Part shown: positions 47,731-59,519 of the stretch, piece by piece
Numbering within the stretch: position 1 is the stretch's first letter
Layout of the letters: each line of letters starts with the position of its first letter
From: Amphiscolops sp. MND2022
Taxonomy: Eukaryota
DNA length: 64,000 nucleotides
Reading direction: 5' to 3'
NCBI GenBank assembly: GCA_964187785.1
Contig: OZ076410.1
Location: forward strand, 51,150,001-51,214,000
Notes under the pieces: generated by a model
Told to the model about the DNA's origin: nothing
Database searches by the model: none
What the model saw: the letters and a program-made list of their open reading frames with translations, nothing else
Position numbers and translations under genes: made by a program

Positions 47731-50700
47731 TCAGTCTGGATTTTGAGTTACCTCGTTTGTAGTGACAACGTCTAGCATCCGGAAATCAGGATGTGCATTA
47801 TGTCTAGGATTAGGGCGTAGATTATATCTTCCTGTTTTATTAGGATTATATCCAACGACTATAGGAGGTAATGTAGGCGGCACTGGAGGACTTTCGGTAG
47901 GTGGTGGTGTCATTATAAAAGGGTTATCGCTGACGTCCAGTCTAAAATGACGTAAGGTCCGTTATCAATGGGCACTTCTGTAATTGTAGCTTCTTCATTT
48001 TTTCTCTCCGTTGGTTGTCCGAACAGAACTTCTCCGAATTCGGTTTCCCAAGCTTCCCCTTTGACTGTTACGTCAGGTACTGGTCGATTGGGCGCATATA
48101 GCTTTAGGCGAATTCTATGGAGGGCTTGTGTATACCTTGTTCCCGTTCGCCGTACGACGTAGTTGTTATTAGAAAGGACTTTGACCACAATATAAGATCC
48201 CGTCCAAATGCAAGCTTTGAAAGCGAATTTCAATGACTGGTTATCAGCCTTCGGATTCAGGACATAGCAATAGTCATTGACTTTCAATGGCGTTGCTGTC
48301 GCTTTTTCATCGTAATATCGCTTGTACTTTAAGTATGATTGCATAAGGTTGTCCTTAGCTGCTTGGTGAACTTCTGTTGTTTGTTTCTGTAATTCGTCCG
48401 TTAGATCTTCGTTGGCGTCTTTTTTCCATTCTGGATTGAGACCTGTTTGATGTGCAAGATGTTGTACGGTATTCGTCCGTGAAACACTGTTGTCGGTTCG
48501 CAGCCTAAGCTTTCGTGGTAGCTCGTGTTGTCGTTCATGACAGCAATTTGCACATAATTGTGCCACATTGAGCGTCGTTCTCCCGTCGATTTTTTTCTCC
48601 CGTTTTCAATGATGCATGAGTTCTTTCGAGTATCCCTATTGTTTGGGCGTGTTTTGTCGATGCGTGGCTGATTCGGATGTCAAGCGTTTGTGCTATTTGG
48701 TTTATGACATCAGAGCGAAAACGTGATCCTTTGTCAGTGAGAATCACTGTTGGTAGGTAACAATGACGTGTCATGACATCCACTATGCATCGGCCGACTG
48801 TTCTGACAGTCATATCTTGGGTAGGGTAGGGTTGACAGTAATTCTGGTACCATATGTTTCGGTATTAGAATTTGGTGGTGTGTGACTGTGCCATCTTCTC
48901 CGTAGTATTTGCGCATGAGGACTCCGTCTTTGACTATTATTCTCTCTTCATGGCGTAATAGGTTTCGTCCACTTGGTTTAGTTTTAAGGAGGTGTTTGTC
49001 GTATCCTTCATGTAATAGGCGTACTTTTAATGCCTTTAAAATCGGGTCCGCGTCTTGTTCATTACGTATGGGTGCATTTTCTTTGATGGCTCCAAATTCG
49101 TAGACTGCCGTATTGAGCGGTATATGAACTGTTTCTGTTACTTCGGTTGATAGGTTTTGTTGTTCTTTGTCGTCTATGGCTCGTTGTTTACTAAGCGCTT
49201 TCCTTGCAAAAATCTTTTGTTCTGATTCCTCTTCTTCGTCTGGTAGGAAAAAGAGTTGTTCTTCATCTGCAACGTCTGTTGATTGTAGGTTGACTTCGAT
49301 GGGCGCCGTTATGATGTCGTCTCGTAGTTTGAATTGGACTTTCTTTTTTGTGGTTAGTTCCAGTCGAGACAAGAAATCGGCTGCATTGTTTTGTGAACCT
49401 GTGACGTGCATGATACGGAATTGGAATTGTAGTACATAGTCACAGGCGTTCCAGAGGGTGGGTGGTGTGGTTTTTGTCTGAAAGAATATCGTTACTGATC
49501 TGTTATCCGTGAGTACTAGTGTTGGTAATGTTGTTTCCCACAGGATGTGACTGTATTCTAAGAACGCGTGATAAATTGCGAGGAATTCTTTGCAATATAT
49601 TGACCTTTTTAACTGTGACGGGGAGAAAACTCGTGATCCGAAAGCGACCGGTGCGAAGGTTTTCCGTTCGGAAAGCAATTTTTTTCGTCATTTTCCTCTA
49701 TCATTAAAGCCTATCGAGGTGCTCGGAAGCTTGCGTCCGTCATTAGTATGTACTGTTTTCCTGCGACAGGTAGTCTCAGTGCTAAACCACAGGCTTCCAC
49801 GAGGCTTGTGTTGGTGGTTTTGAGATCGTTATCGAGTTCTTCAGATATGACTGTTTTTGCATCTGCTTTCAAGATCTCATACAATCCGATCAGTTTTTCC
49901 GACAGCCGGGGAAAATCGTTTCTGTAGTAGTTTACAAATCCAATGTTTTTTTGGACTTGTTTCGTTGATTTGGGAAAACTGATTTCAGATAAGAAATTGG
50001 TGATTTTGTGATCTTGTGGGGCTACTCCGTTTGGGGTGATGGTTCTGCCGAAGAATTCTACTTGCGTAACCCCAAAGTGGCATTCCTCGATTGCGAGTTT
50101 TAGACTGGCTTTGCGTACAAGTTTGCAGACCGCTCTGATGTTCTTCATGAGTTGTTCCGTTGTGTTGGCGGCAATCCCAATATCGTCCACGTATTGGTCA
50201 CATTGGTCTGCTTTGATGACTGCGTCGAGGTACTCCCGCATGAAGCTTGAGAATGCTGACAAGGCTCTACTTGGTCCTTGGGCTAGCCTCCGGTAGGCAA
50301 ATGTCCTACTAGCAAAATTGAACGCTAGGAGTTCTACTGACCTTTGATCTGCCATTTGAAGGCAGTGGTAGGCTTGCGAGCAGCCGAGTTTGCAGAACAA
50401 TTTTTCCCCGCTAAGTGTTGTACCGCATCTGAAAAGGGTGCTGATGGGGTGGTTGTTGTTGATGTAGTTGTCTGAAATGAGGGCATTGATCTTCCTCAAG
50501 TCAACAAGTAGGCGTAGTTTTCCGTTGGGTTTACTTTGAGCAAATATTGAGCTAGCGTATTTGGAAAATGGGATTGTTGTGATGATCCCGTATATATGCA
50601 TTAGGGCGAGTTCCACTGTGAGGTCGTCCTTGAGGTTTATGGGTACGGGTAAGCTCTGTGTGTATACGGTTTGTCGTTTTTGGGAGTTAGACATACATTG

Positions 50701-51780
50701 AGCTGCGTGTTCATTCCGATATCAAGTCGGTGCCGGGCGAAAATATTGTTGAATTCTACGATTACGATGATGAATTCCAAGTTTTCACGGTGTTCTCCCG
50801 TTATGAGTGAATCGTTCCATTTGAACCTGGAGAGGAATTGTGTTTGTGATTGTTCATCTTGTTTAGGGTCCAGTCGTTCTAATTTTTGTAGTTCTCGTAG
50901 TTCCCTGAGTATTCGCTGTTGAATGGGAGTGTGTTTCGACTCATCGCCGGGATTCTCGGGTGTTGGGAATCAAAAGTTTTCTACTGAGTTGTCTGGAGAT
51001 TTGATTTGCATTAAGGCACTGACATATGCGACAACATCGTCATGTTCAGTGAGGAGGTTGAGTGCTGCTATGTCGACTGGTCGTATTGATTTCGTTTCGT
51101 CGGGTTTCAGTATCTGCAGTTCTGCTAGTTTGGTGTGCGGGTTGATTGTGTAAGGGAAATCTGTTGTGTTGGCTAATTTGATGGCCACGCGTTTGTCACG
51201 GGCCGTTGTTATTGCAGGGGCTACTATGAGTTTTGCTGTCTCATCGAACTGTGGCAAAAAGTGGACAGTCCCAGTTATTGGGTGATCGTTACTCACAGTT
51301 ATGGTCGCAAGAATGATTTGTGTAGCCTGTACTGGAAGAATGGTGTGTTTCCCCTCTGTCTTGATGGTTATCGGTTTTGGGTTGCTCATCTGTTAAGGCC
51401 AGGGTGATTTGTATTTTCGGGAAGTCAATTGTTCCTTGTGCGGTGTCAAGCATTGCGGAGTGTTTTCGAAGGAACGCCAGGCCAATGATAGGGTAGGATG
51501 TTTTGGTCAATATGATGAAAGTTTGTTCAAACGTGTAGTCTCCGATCTTGAACTTCATCGTGTATGTCGCAAGGGCCTTTTCAAGTTCCGTGTTGGCGTA
51601 TTGTATTTTGAAAGGGGGTGGTGGAGCATTTCCTCTTATGGATGCCTTAAATTCTTTTTGTATTTTGTCTATGTCCTTTTCACTGATGACTGAGTCGACT
51701 AGGGCGTCTATTTTCGTTTTCTCGAATTCGAGAGGGATGAAAAGCATCCGACGTTTTTTCGTGAGAGTTATGGCTGACAT
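47731..51780 (-). pseudogene. pol: Pol of element 2, frameshifted, with deletions
   Basis: Protease IDALVDS; RT QYVDDIGIAA at ~50180-50195; RNase H ILMTDASF; integrase ILTDKGSRF and IGILERTH; C-terminal RYNLRPNPR. Confidence 0.92.
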
Positions 51781-52355
51781 TAACGGAAGGTTGTCATCTT
51801 CTTTATCATGCTGTATGAATTCTTTGATGACGTTGAGGTCATAGGGTAGCTGTTGAGGGCACCCCGTTTCTGCTTCGTTATTATCTGTTACTGCACTAGC
51901 GGGTGCGGCTTATGGTTGTGGAGGGGAAGAGGAATCAATCGTGTGTTCTTTCGATTTCCGTGACCACAGTGTCCTGTCTTCTATACAAATTATATCGTCA
52001 GCATTTATCGGTGTTGACGTTGCAGCGACGGGTATTGTCGTGGACGTTTCAGAAGTTTTCAGAATTGGTGACGGAGGTGGCGGGAATTTTGGTATTTCTT
52101 CAGGTGGTTTTTGTGAGTTTGGAACTTAGATCTTGAAGGATAGTTTGTTAGTGTCGTAGATGGTAGGTTCTTCCCAAGGGTCACAACGGTTATCCGTGTC
52201 GTAGACGTATATTCTGTCGGTTTTTGTTTCTGGTAGCGGCCTTTTGAGTGTTGCGTAGTTGTCGGGGATTCCGTTATCCATATGGGGAGTGGTGTGGGGT
52301 CATCTGGATGTCTGGCATTATGTCTGAGAATCATGCCGATGTTCCAACGGCACTG

Positions 52356-53888
52356 TCAGTTTTGCATTGGTTCTTCGTTGCATTCTGTCATGAAATCCTC
52401 CTCATGGCGATTTGGGGGGTCTTCGATTGTGTATGCCCTCGCGTCTACCGTTTCCCCAAAGCGTAGGCGCGACGTTTTCAGTTTTTTGGCTAGATTTCGA
52501 TGGTGGGAATCGGCTGGTCGGTGATCTGGTTTGTGGGTATTGAAACTCGTGTCTTCGTTTTCTAGGGTTGTTTGCGGCGTTGGCTCCGTTCCAGCAGTTT
52601 TCTGTTTTATGGGTTTTTCCACATGTGTCACATTTTGGTTTCGTCGGTTTAGTTGTCTCGAGGACTCCAATCTGTGTTTTGATCTCATAGTATCTGTCTT
52701 TTCGGAATTTACGGCATTGTGCTTTGTAGTGACTGTATTTGCCGCAATGAAAGCAGGTTCCCCGCTGGTTGGGGTCTTTTTGTGTTTCCGGAGGGGCGGC
52801 GTCTACCGCATTTAACGGTATTAGGGTGGCTTCATTAGGAGCGCCCAGGCCGCTGAGGCGCATCTCTCTTTCGAGATGTAGGACGATGTCATTATATGGC
52901 TTATCTTCGAGATAAGCGCAATTGAGTATCTTTTTGACATGGTCCGGCTTTTTTGCAAATATAGCCTTGTCGATGAATTTTTGCACCTCTGGAACGAACG
53001 CTTCTTTAGCTGTTTCTTGCAGTGTTTACAAAAATTCGTATAATTTTTGTTTAGTTGGATCGAAATGGAGCGAGTCCCACTCCCATCTAGCTTTGGCAGA
53101 TGATTGGAAGTCTCCGAAACGCGGCTTGAATGCCGTTATTACTTCCTCGAGATTATCTTTTTTGGCGTCGTCTAGATTGCAGTACGCTTGGAGTGGGTTA
53201 CCACGTAGTAGTGAGTGGAAGTAATTGATTTTTTGTATCTCGGTTAGGTGTGGGTACATTTTTATATTGTTCCTGAATAAGTCTTCGAAAAGCTCGAATT
53301 TTTCAGATTTACCATCAAACACAGGTAGTGATGCTGTGAGTGCTTTGGCATGGGGGTTAAGTGAGACGGTTGATAGATCTCTGGTTGTGGAGCGAATAGT
53401 AGTCTTGATGTCGAAGGTCGTTCGTTGGGCGGCAGGCTTTGTGGGCGTTGTAGTCTTGTTATCTTTTTCCCCAGATTTGTGGAGTCATTGAGGACTCCTG
53501 TCACCATGTTACGGCTATTTACCGGTGTGATTTTTGGATTAACCGTAGTAGTTTTTGTTTTAACAGGTGTTGAGGTTGCAGTTGCCGGAACGTTTTCGGA
53601 CTCAGAATCAATTTCCTCAGGAACGGTTGAAACAGGCTGTTTTTTAGCTACTGGGGCAATTAGTTTCAGCATTTCCTTTTGGTTTTCAGCTAGGATTTTA
53701 GCTAGATCAGACATTATCTCTTTTCGAAGGGTAGACTTTATTTCTTCTAGATTTTCGGTATGTACCTTAGGAGATTTGCTCGTCGCTACTACGGGGTTTG
53801 TGTTCTGACTATTCCCGGCTATAGGAGTTTCAATCTCAGCAGAACCTAATTGTTCTACAGTTTTCCTTTTCTGGCTTCTAGTAGTCAT
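52356..53888 (-). pseudogene. gag: Gag of element 2 (starts inside the 5' LTR; frameshifted)
   Basis: MTTRSQKRK...NSRN|MVTG; core FELFEDLFRNNIKMYPHL; knuckles CFHCGKYSHYKAQC and CDTCGKTHKTENC. Confidence 0.87.
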
Positions 53889-55716
53889 TTTAGGAAGAGA
53901 GAAAGATTCTTTGGAAACTTGAATTTCTTCAAAGAAAGTTCAAGTTTTTCAAACGAAGTATTATTGCAACAAAAATTGAATGAATCACCTTACAAATTCT
54001 GAAAACATATACCTTCCTAGCATCATTTGTTCCTCACCTAAAAATTCCTAGGATTCCTAAAAATCGGTTTTGTTCATGAAAATTGCTTAATCATCCTTAT
54101 TATTTGAATCCTTCAGTCAATATGTCGCAACTAAAAGTTCCTAATTACGACTCCTTCACGGAGCGCCTGTTGAAATTCTTTTTGTTCAACAATTTGATTT
54201 CCGATTTAATCTCGAAAAGGCGGCAAAATAAAAGTCTAGTTAGATTACTACTGAAGAAAGCACGCCGACGTGAACAATGATTCAGCGCAAGTCTAGTGAA
54301 AATCACCTTTCCGCGGTAAACGAAAGACAAGCAAAAATGACTCCGAAGACTTTACGGGGAAATTTCAAATTATCATACTGAAAAATTTAGAGCTTCATTA
54401 TGAAAGGTACAAATGATGCCAGAAAATGGTAAGTAGAGATTAAAGGTTGAATGTTGATGTTCCACAACGCAATGCTAATCTAAACTAACTTAACATGTGC
54501 AAGGATCATAATGATCGGATTATTCAATCACAACAGATCAATTATACATACTTGAAATCTTGATAATGAAATTGTTTGGCCACAACACAACAAAATGGCA
54601 GAATCGGAGACATCTTTTCCAAAAGTAGAAAAAACACCTTACTGATATGCTCACAAAGTACTCATTTGACTATTTTCCTTGCCTTAACCTGCAGCACGAT
54701 TAATTTAATCATTCCTGATAATACGGAAAATTACTTGGCACAATAGGTCTTTTGTTCCAAAATCCTGTTTATTCCGCAAGGGTTTCATACATTTTAGAAT
54801 ATATTGTCGTGAACTAGAGTCATCTCAATCTTTACAATCTGCTCCGTAAGCGTTCTGTACGTATTAAGATTAGGTATAAGTTCCGTTCTTTTAATCTGTT
54901 CCGTGAGCGCTCCGTACGTATTAGGATTAGGTATAATTTCACTTCTTTACAATCTGCTCCGTAAGCGCTCCGTACGTATTAAGATTAGGTATAGCTGAAC
55001 GGTGGCGGCTGACGGAAAGCGAGCGGAGAGCTTGATTAATTTCTTTCTCTTTCTTTTAGCTAATCGGCGTTGCTAGTGGCAACCAAGCACAGTTCTATTA
55101 GCTTGAGCTCAGATAATTCCGCCAGAGAGTGACGCTATTGTTCCGTAAAAACAGAAACGCACGGTATTAGCATATTTTGAGTGATGCTGTCATATCGTTG
55201 TTCACATTTGCTCAAAATCACTTGATTGAGATTTTAAGCGGATATTGACAACTGCTTTTAATATCGGAAAACCACTTCCACTATATCACTCTTGTATGTT
55301 CTTTTCCATTTTAGGTTCTTTGAACTCCGTTGGCATCTCGGAGTAAAATATTGTATTCAATGTTTTCATTTTAGTGTGGAGAAAAAAGAAATGATCCCGC
55401 TTTAGAAAACGTTATTTTGGTATTTAGATTAGTATGGAAATTTCAGAAGACGAAGCCGGAAATGGCAAATAACCTTTGCGTGTAAGAATATTAGACCGGA
55501 AGTTTTGTCTTTTTAGAAAATCATTTTGAACATTTGCGCGACTAATACGTCCGTTGAAAAAATGTTTCCGCATCAGTTATTCATCGTGATGTGGTTAAAG
55601 ACAAGGTAAAATATTTACTTTTCTCTAGGAGTCACATTTCCCGTGTCCAAGTCCGGTTGTGCGTTTGTGCAATCCTTCGTAGCAAAAGTTGCACCCACCG
55701 GGAGCGGGTCGTGACA
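53507..55716 (-). repeat. 5' LTR of element 2, 2210 bp
   Basis: TGTCACGACCC...CCGTAACA|TGGTGACAGGA; the 116-bp excess over the other LTR equals two extra copies of a 58-bp unit at 54829-54993. Confidence 0.9.
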
Positions 55717-55823
55717 ATTGCTTCTCTGATCAATGGTTATCCTACTGTATGGGGTTACTAAATGAAGGGTCCTAGTTTTTGTCAGCAAAGATTGAAGTTA
55801 GAAATTGTGCGTCCTATTCATTA

Positions 55824-56945
55824 CCCAGTGATTGAAGACACGCAACGCTTGGCAAGATCGTGGTTATTCTTGCTAAATCATGTTTAACCATGGTACCCTT
55901 GTCAAGATCATGGCTAATCATGATACATAGCTTGTCAAGATCATAACAAGATTATGGCAAGATCATACCAGATAACCATGGTAAGACATGTGAGCTGTAT
56001 AATTGTATAATTTATTCTTTTCATAAAAATTTCTTGTCGTCTCCAATTTCTGACTAAGCCGTTGTGATAACTTCCCTAGTCGAGATTGCTTGAACTTTTT
56101 ACATGCTGCATGGAAAAATGCAGGCGCTATTTTTTTTACAAATCATGGAAACTTCCGGAAGCTGCTTTCAAAATTAGAACGGCGTCGTAATGAAACCTGC
56201 AAAACTTTGCGGCCCAGAATTGCCGCCAAATTTAGGATGCATCTTTTAAGCAGCTTGATAAAATTAAACTGAATCAGTGAAGTTTTAATGCATGGACGTT
56301 TCTTTGAGAACTTTTATGAAATCATGGAAAGTTAGCTTGATAACCTACAAAAACATGTAAAAAATTCAAATAGTTTCAACCAGGGTTCGGACATACCCTT
56401 GATCTATCGAAAAACGTTTTTCAAACCGAAACGTATACAACACTTCTCAATAATTTGCTGTACCTATTGTCCGAGTTTTGTTTTTTGAGAGCACGGCATC
56501 GTTACTACTATCATAAATTATCATTCAAAGCAAACTCCGAATCAAGTTATTGCACTTTGCGGTTTTGCGATATCGGTGTGAAAACCAACATTTCTAGCTA
56601 TGATTTGTTAATCTTGCTAATATCTCACCTTTTGAGATAGCGTGTTGAAATTACTGAAGTTCGAGAATTCAATATAAACCGGTGTAATAAAAATGAATAG
56701 AATTAGAAAAGAAGATTTACCAAAAAACGGATTTGCTTCCATGGAACCCTCGTCAAGAACATGGTTAATCTTGGCATCCTTGCCAAGATCATGGTAAAAC
56801 ATGGTCCGCTTGGCACGATCTTGCATAATCATGGTATCCCTGGCACGATCTTGCATAATCGTGGTATCCTTGGCAAGATCTTGGCAGGGCAAGCTATCGA
56901 TTTACCAAGGTTCTTGGCAAGCGTACCATGTCTTCGATCGCTGTG
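55824..56945. mobile_element. Non-autonomous TA-flanked DNA transposon (MITE) with subterminal CAAGATCATG-type repeats
   Basis: TA|CCCAGTGATTGAAGACA... versus the reverse complement of the right end TA|CACAGCGATCGAAGACA...; repeat clusters at 55850-55990 and 56750-56930; a TA duplication is typical of Tc1/mariner-type elements. Confidence 0.6.
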
Positions 56946-58685
56946 TACTTAGTAGGGGATTCAAAATTAGGTGTTCTTCTCGCCCATAGAGCGGTTTTTT
57001 TATTGATGCAAATGACTTTTATGACTTATTGCAAAGGGGACCGCGCGAGAAAGAGGCAAGTTTTTTTACGATTTAAAATTCAAAGGCCTGAGAATTTGTT
57101 TAGATACCAAATTTACGCGCTCATGCTGTTCTAGCGATTCATCCTCGTGAGCCAACAATTGTTACTGGATGGGACGCCTCTACTATCATGAATGCTACAT
57201 TTCTATAGATTTTTCATGTCTAAAAATTCCATTAATTAAATGCTAATGATGTCGTTAATTTCCATTTTTTATAATGGTACGTTTTAGTCAAAATCATGTC
57301 TTTTCCTTCATACGTAATAGTAAGGATCTTTTCTGTTAATTCCCCCTGCCGATTTAATTCCCCCACTCCCACCGATTGAACCCCTCCCCCCAGTTAAGCG
57401 GTGAAGTGAAATCGTCTTTGAATTAATAGTAACAACCAATCAAATTGCAGTATTTTATAACTCTAATTGCAACTGAAACTCATCGCTGATAGTGGTGGGG
57501 AATTAAAATGATCCTTCTTAAATTCTTCATTAATGGTATAATTCATATTTGAGCTGAAAATTTTAAAAATTAATTTCCGCTTATTTTTGCGAACCCCTGA
57601 CGATTATACTGGTACGTGGAGGATAAATTCCACGGACACGCGGCAGGGATGGAATGAAGAGTTGGTTACTTTCACCTACTGTTGGCCATCACGTTTGAAT
57701 GGAGAAATTGAAGGAGCACTGGTTGTATTGGGAGAAGCATTTTCGCATTTTCTTTACTTGTTGGCCAATTTGACTATTTGAGTCAAACTCGCTCCTTTTT
57801 TAAACTTAAATAATTACTCCCTTGTTTGTTTTTTGCTTCGAATTTTATCTGCCAACCTAACTATTACAATACATAATGAACATCAAAACGTGAAGTGTTA
57901 AAATGTAAAACTCCTACAAAAAAGATTTTCTGAATATTTTAATTTTTACACACACTAGTGTACCAAAATGCTAGAGACACTCGATTTGGCTAAAATTTTT
58001 TAAGTGCAAAGTCTTTCAATACATTCCTTTCACAAAAAAGTATCAGTTGCAAAAAGCAGAAATCTCAAATATTGATAAAAATTACAACGGTATTTTTGGT
58101 TCAAAGTCAACTCGATGCAATAAAAGTTATATTAGATGCTATATTGGAAAGTTAGCAAAATATCAAAGACTACTTGCTTGTGAGAAGAAAAACCTCCTTT
58201 CATCATTTTTGTAGCATTGACACCGATCTTTACCTTCTATGTTTACAAATTGTCTGAATTTTTTTTCTTCAAAAGTGAATTGCAAGAGCAATATCATTTT
58301 CGTAGTAAAACTGGACGAGTTCTCGGTATAGGATTTTGCGGTATAAACTCTTCAGCATGTCGTTTCTTCCAAATTCATAACGTGAAAGATCTGAATAAAA
58401 CGTAAAATGGCGTTGTTACGATCCGCGGTTTTCGCGATTTTGCATGATGAAACTTAGAAAATGCCGAAAATCAGAAATAAGCTGAGCGTTATAACCTTCG
58501 TGATTTTTGTTCGAACAATATTATATTTCAGACCGAAAGTTGAAAAAAAATGCTCATGGGCTTTTGCTTCAATTGAATATGTCAAAATTCATTGCGATCT
58601 GGAACTTTGTCAGCGAAATCGAGTGACCGTAGTTTTTGGTACCCATTGTATTTTCATTTTCACAAAAACAATTCCCATTTCACTG

Positions 58686-58931
58686 TTATGGCTCTCCTTT
58701 TGGCTCATTTAGTTTACTCTTGTAGCTCTGGATGTTGAAGCTACGTTTCCCAAACAAATTTTGTTTGTTTCTAACTTCTCCGACAGGTCTCTCTACACTT
58801 TCAGAAATTTCCGAAATGTCTCTCTCTGAGATGCTCGGTATGTTTTCGATCCTTTGGCTGGCAACCTCAGGCTCTATTATCGAACTAGCAGGCGAACCTC
58901 TTCTTGCCGTTTTTGACCAGCGTTCTGGCAT
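58686..58931 (-). pseudogene. Possible Gag-leader fragment of another LTR family
   Basis: S/P/E-rich VASQRIENIPSISERDISEISESVE resembles the Gag leaders seen elsewhere in the window; no flanking LTR identified. Confidence 0.25.
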
Positions 58932-59519
58932 TTTGGATTCTAACTTTGGGATCTACTGATTCATATCGTTTTCTTCACTAAAGAAATGGGGAAAAAAGAG
59001 ATTTTCAAAATGGTTTTATTGATTAACGAGGATTGCGAAAATCACCAATGGATTTCAACTCCAATTGTACAAATATATCAATTGCAGATATATAAATTAT
59101 AAGGACACAACGAACAAACATCAACATAGCAAAACGACTCGTTTTCCAGAATACTCGACCAATTCGTAACAAAATTTTCGGTTCTATCACCTACTAAAGA
59201 TTCTCGTGGTCGAAGTGGATTGAATTGGAGGCAAGTGTCTAAACCTTGGCGATCTTTATGTATGTATACAATGTTTCCTGAACCAGAAGAAACCTCGGAA
59301 TGTTGATGGAGTCGATCTGAGAAAAGAGTCGTTCTTCTAATTTTGCAGGTATCTTTGAAGCGGATGCTCTGACAATTCCTGAATTATCGATTTCTGTTTC
59401 CACAGATAACAAAAGAAATTTGTTGAACTCGCACTCCCATAAGCAAAAACGCTTTTCAAAACATAACTCAGGTGATCAGTGGTGAAGAACACAGTGTTTT
59501 GCTGCAACTGAACATGTAA

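Larger units (their letters stand above)
38297..55716 (-). mobile_element. Ty3/Gypsy LTR retrotransposon (element 2, ~17.4 kb including an internal duplication)
   Basis: Two ~2.1-2.2-kb LTRs, PBS TGGTGACAGGA, Gag-PR-RT-RH-IN order. Confidence 0.92.

Noticed and set aside
57336-57506. Tiny inverted repeat TTAATTCCCC...GGGGAATTAA as a MITE
   Set aside because: Only a 10-bp match with no clear TSD; insufficient support
59307-59322. 16-bp exact match to 43061-43076
   Set aside because: About one such match is expected by chance in a 64-kb self-comparison; no flanking similarity
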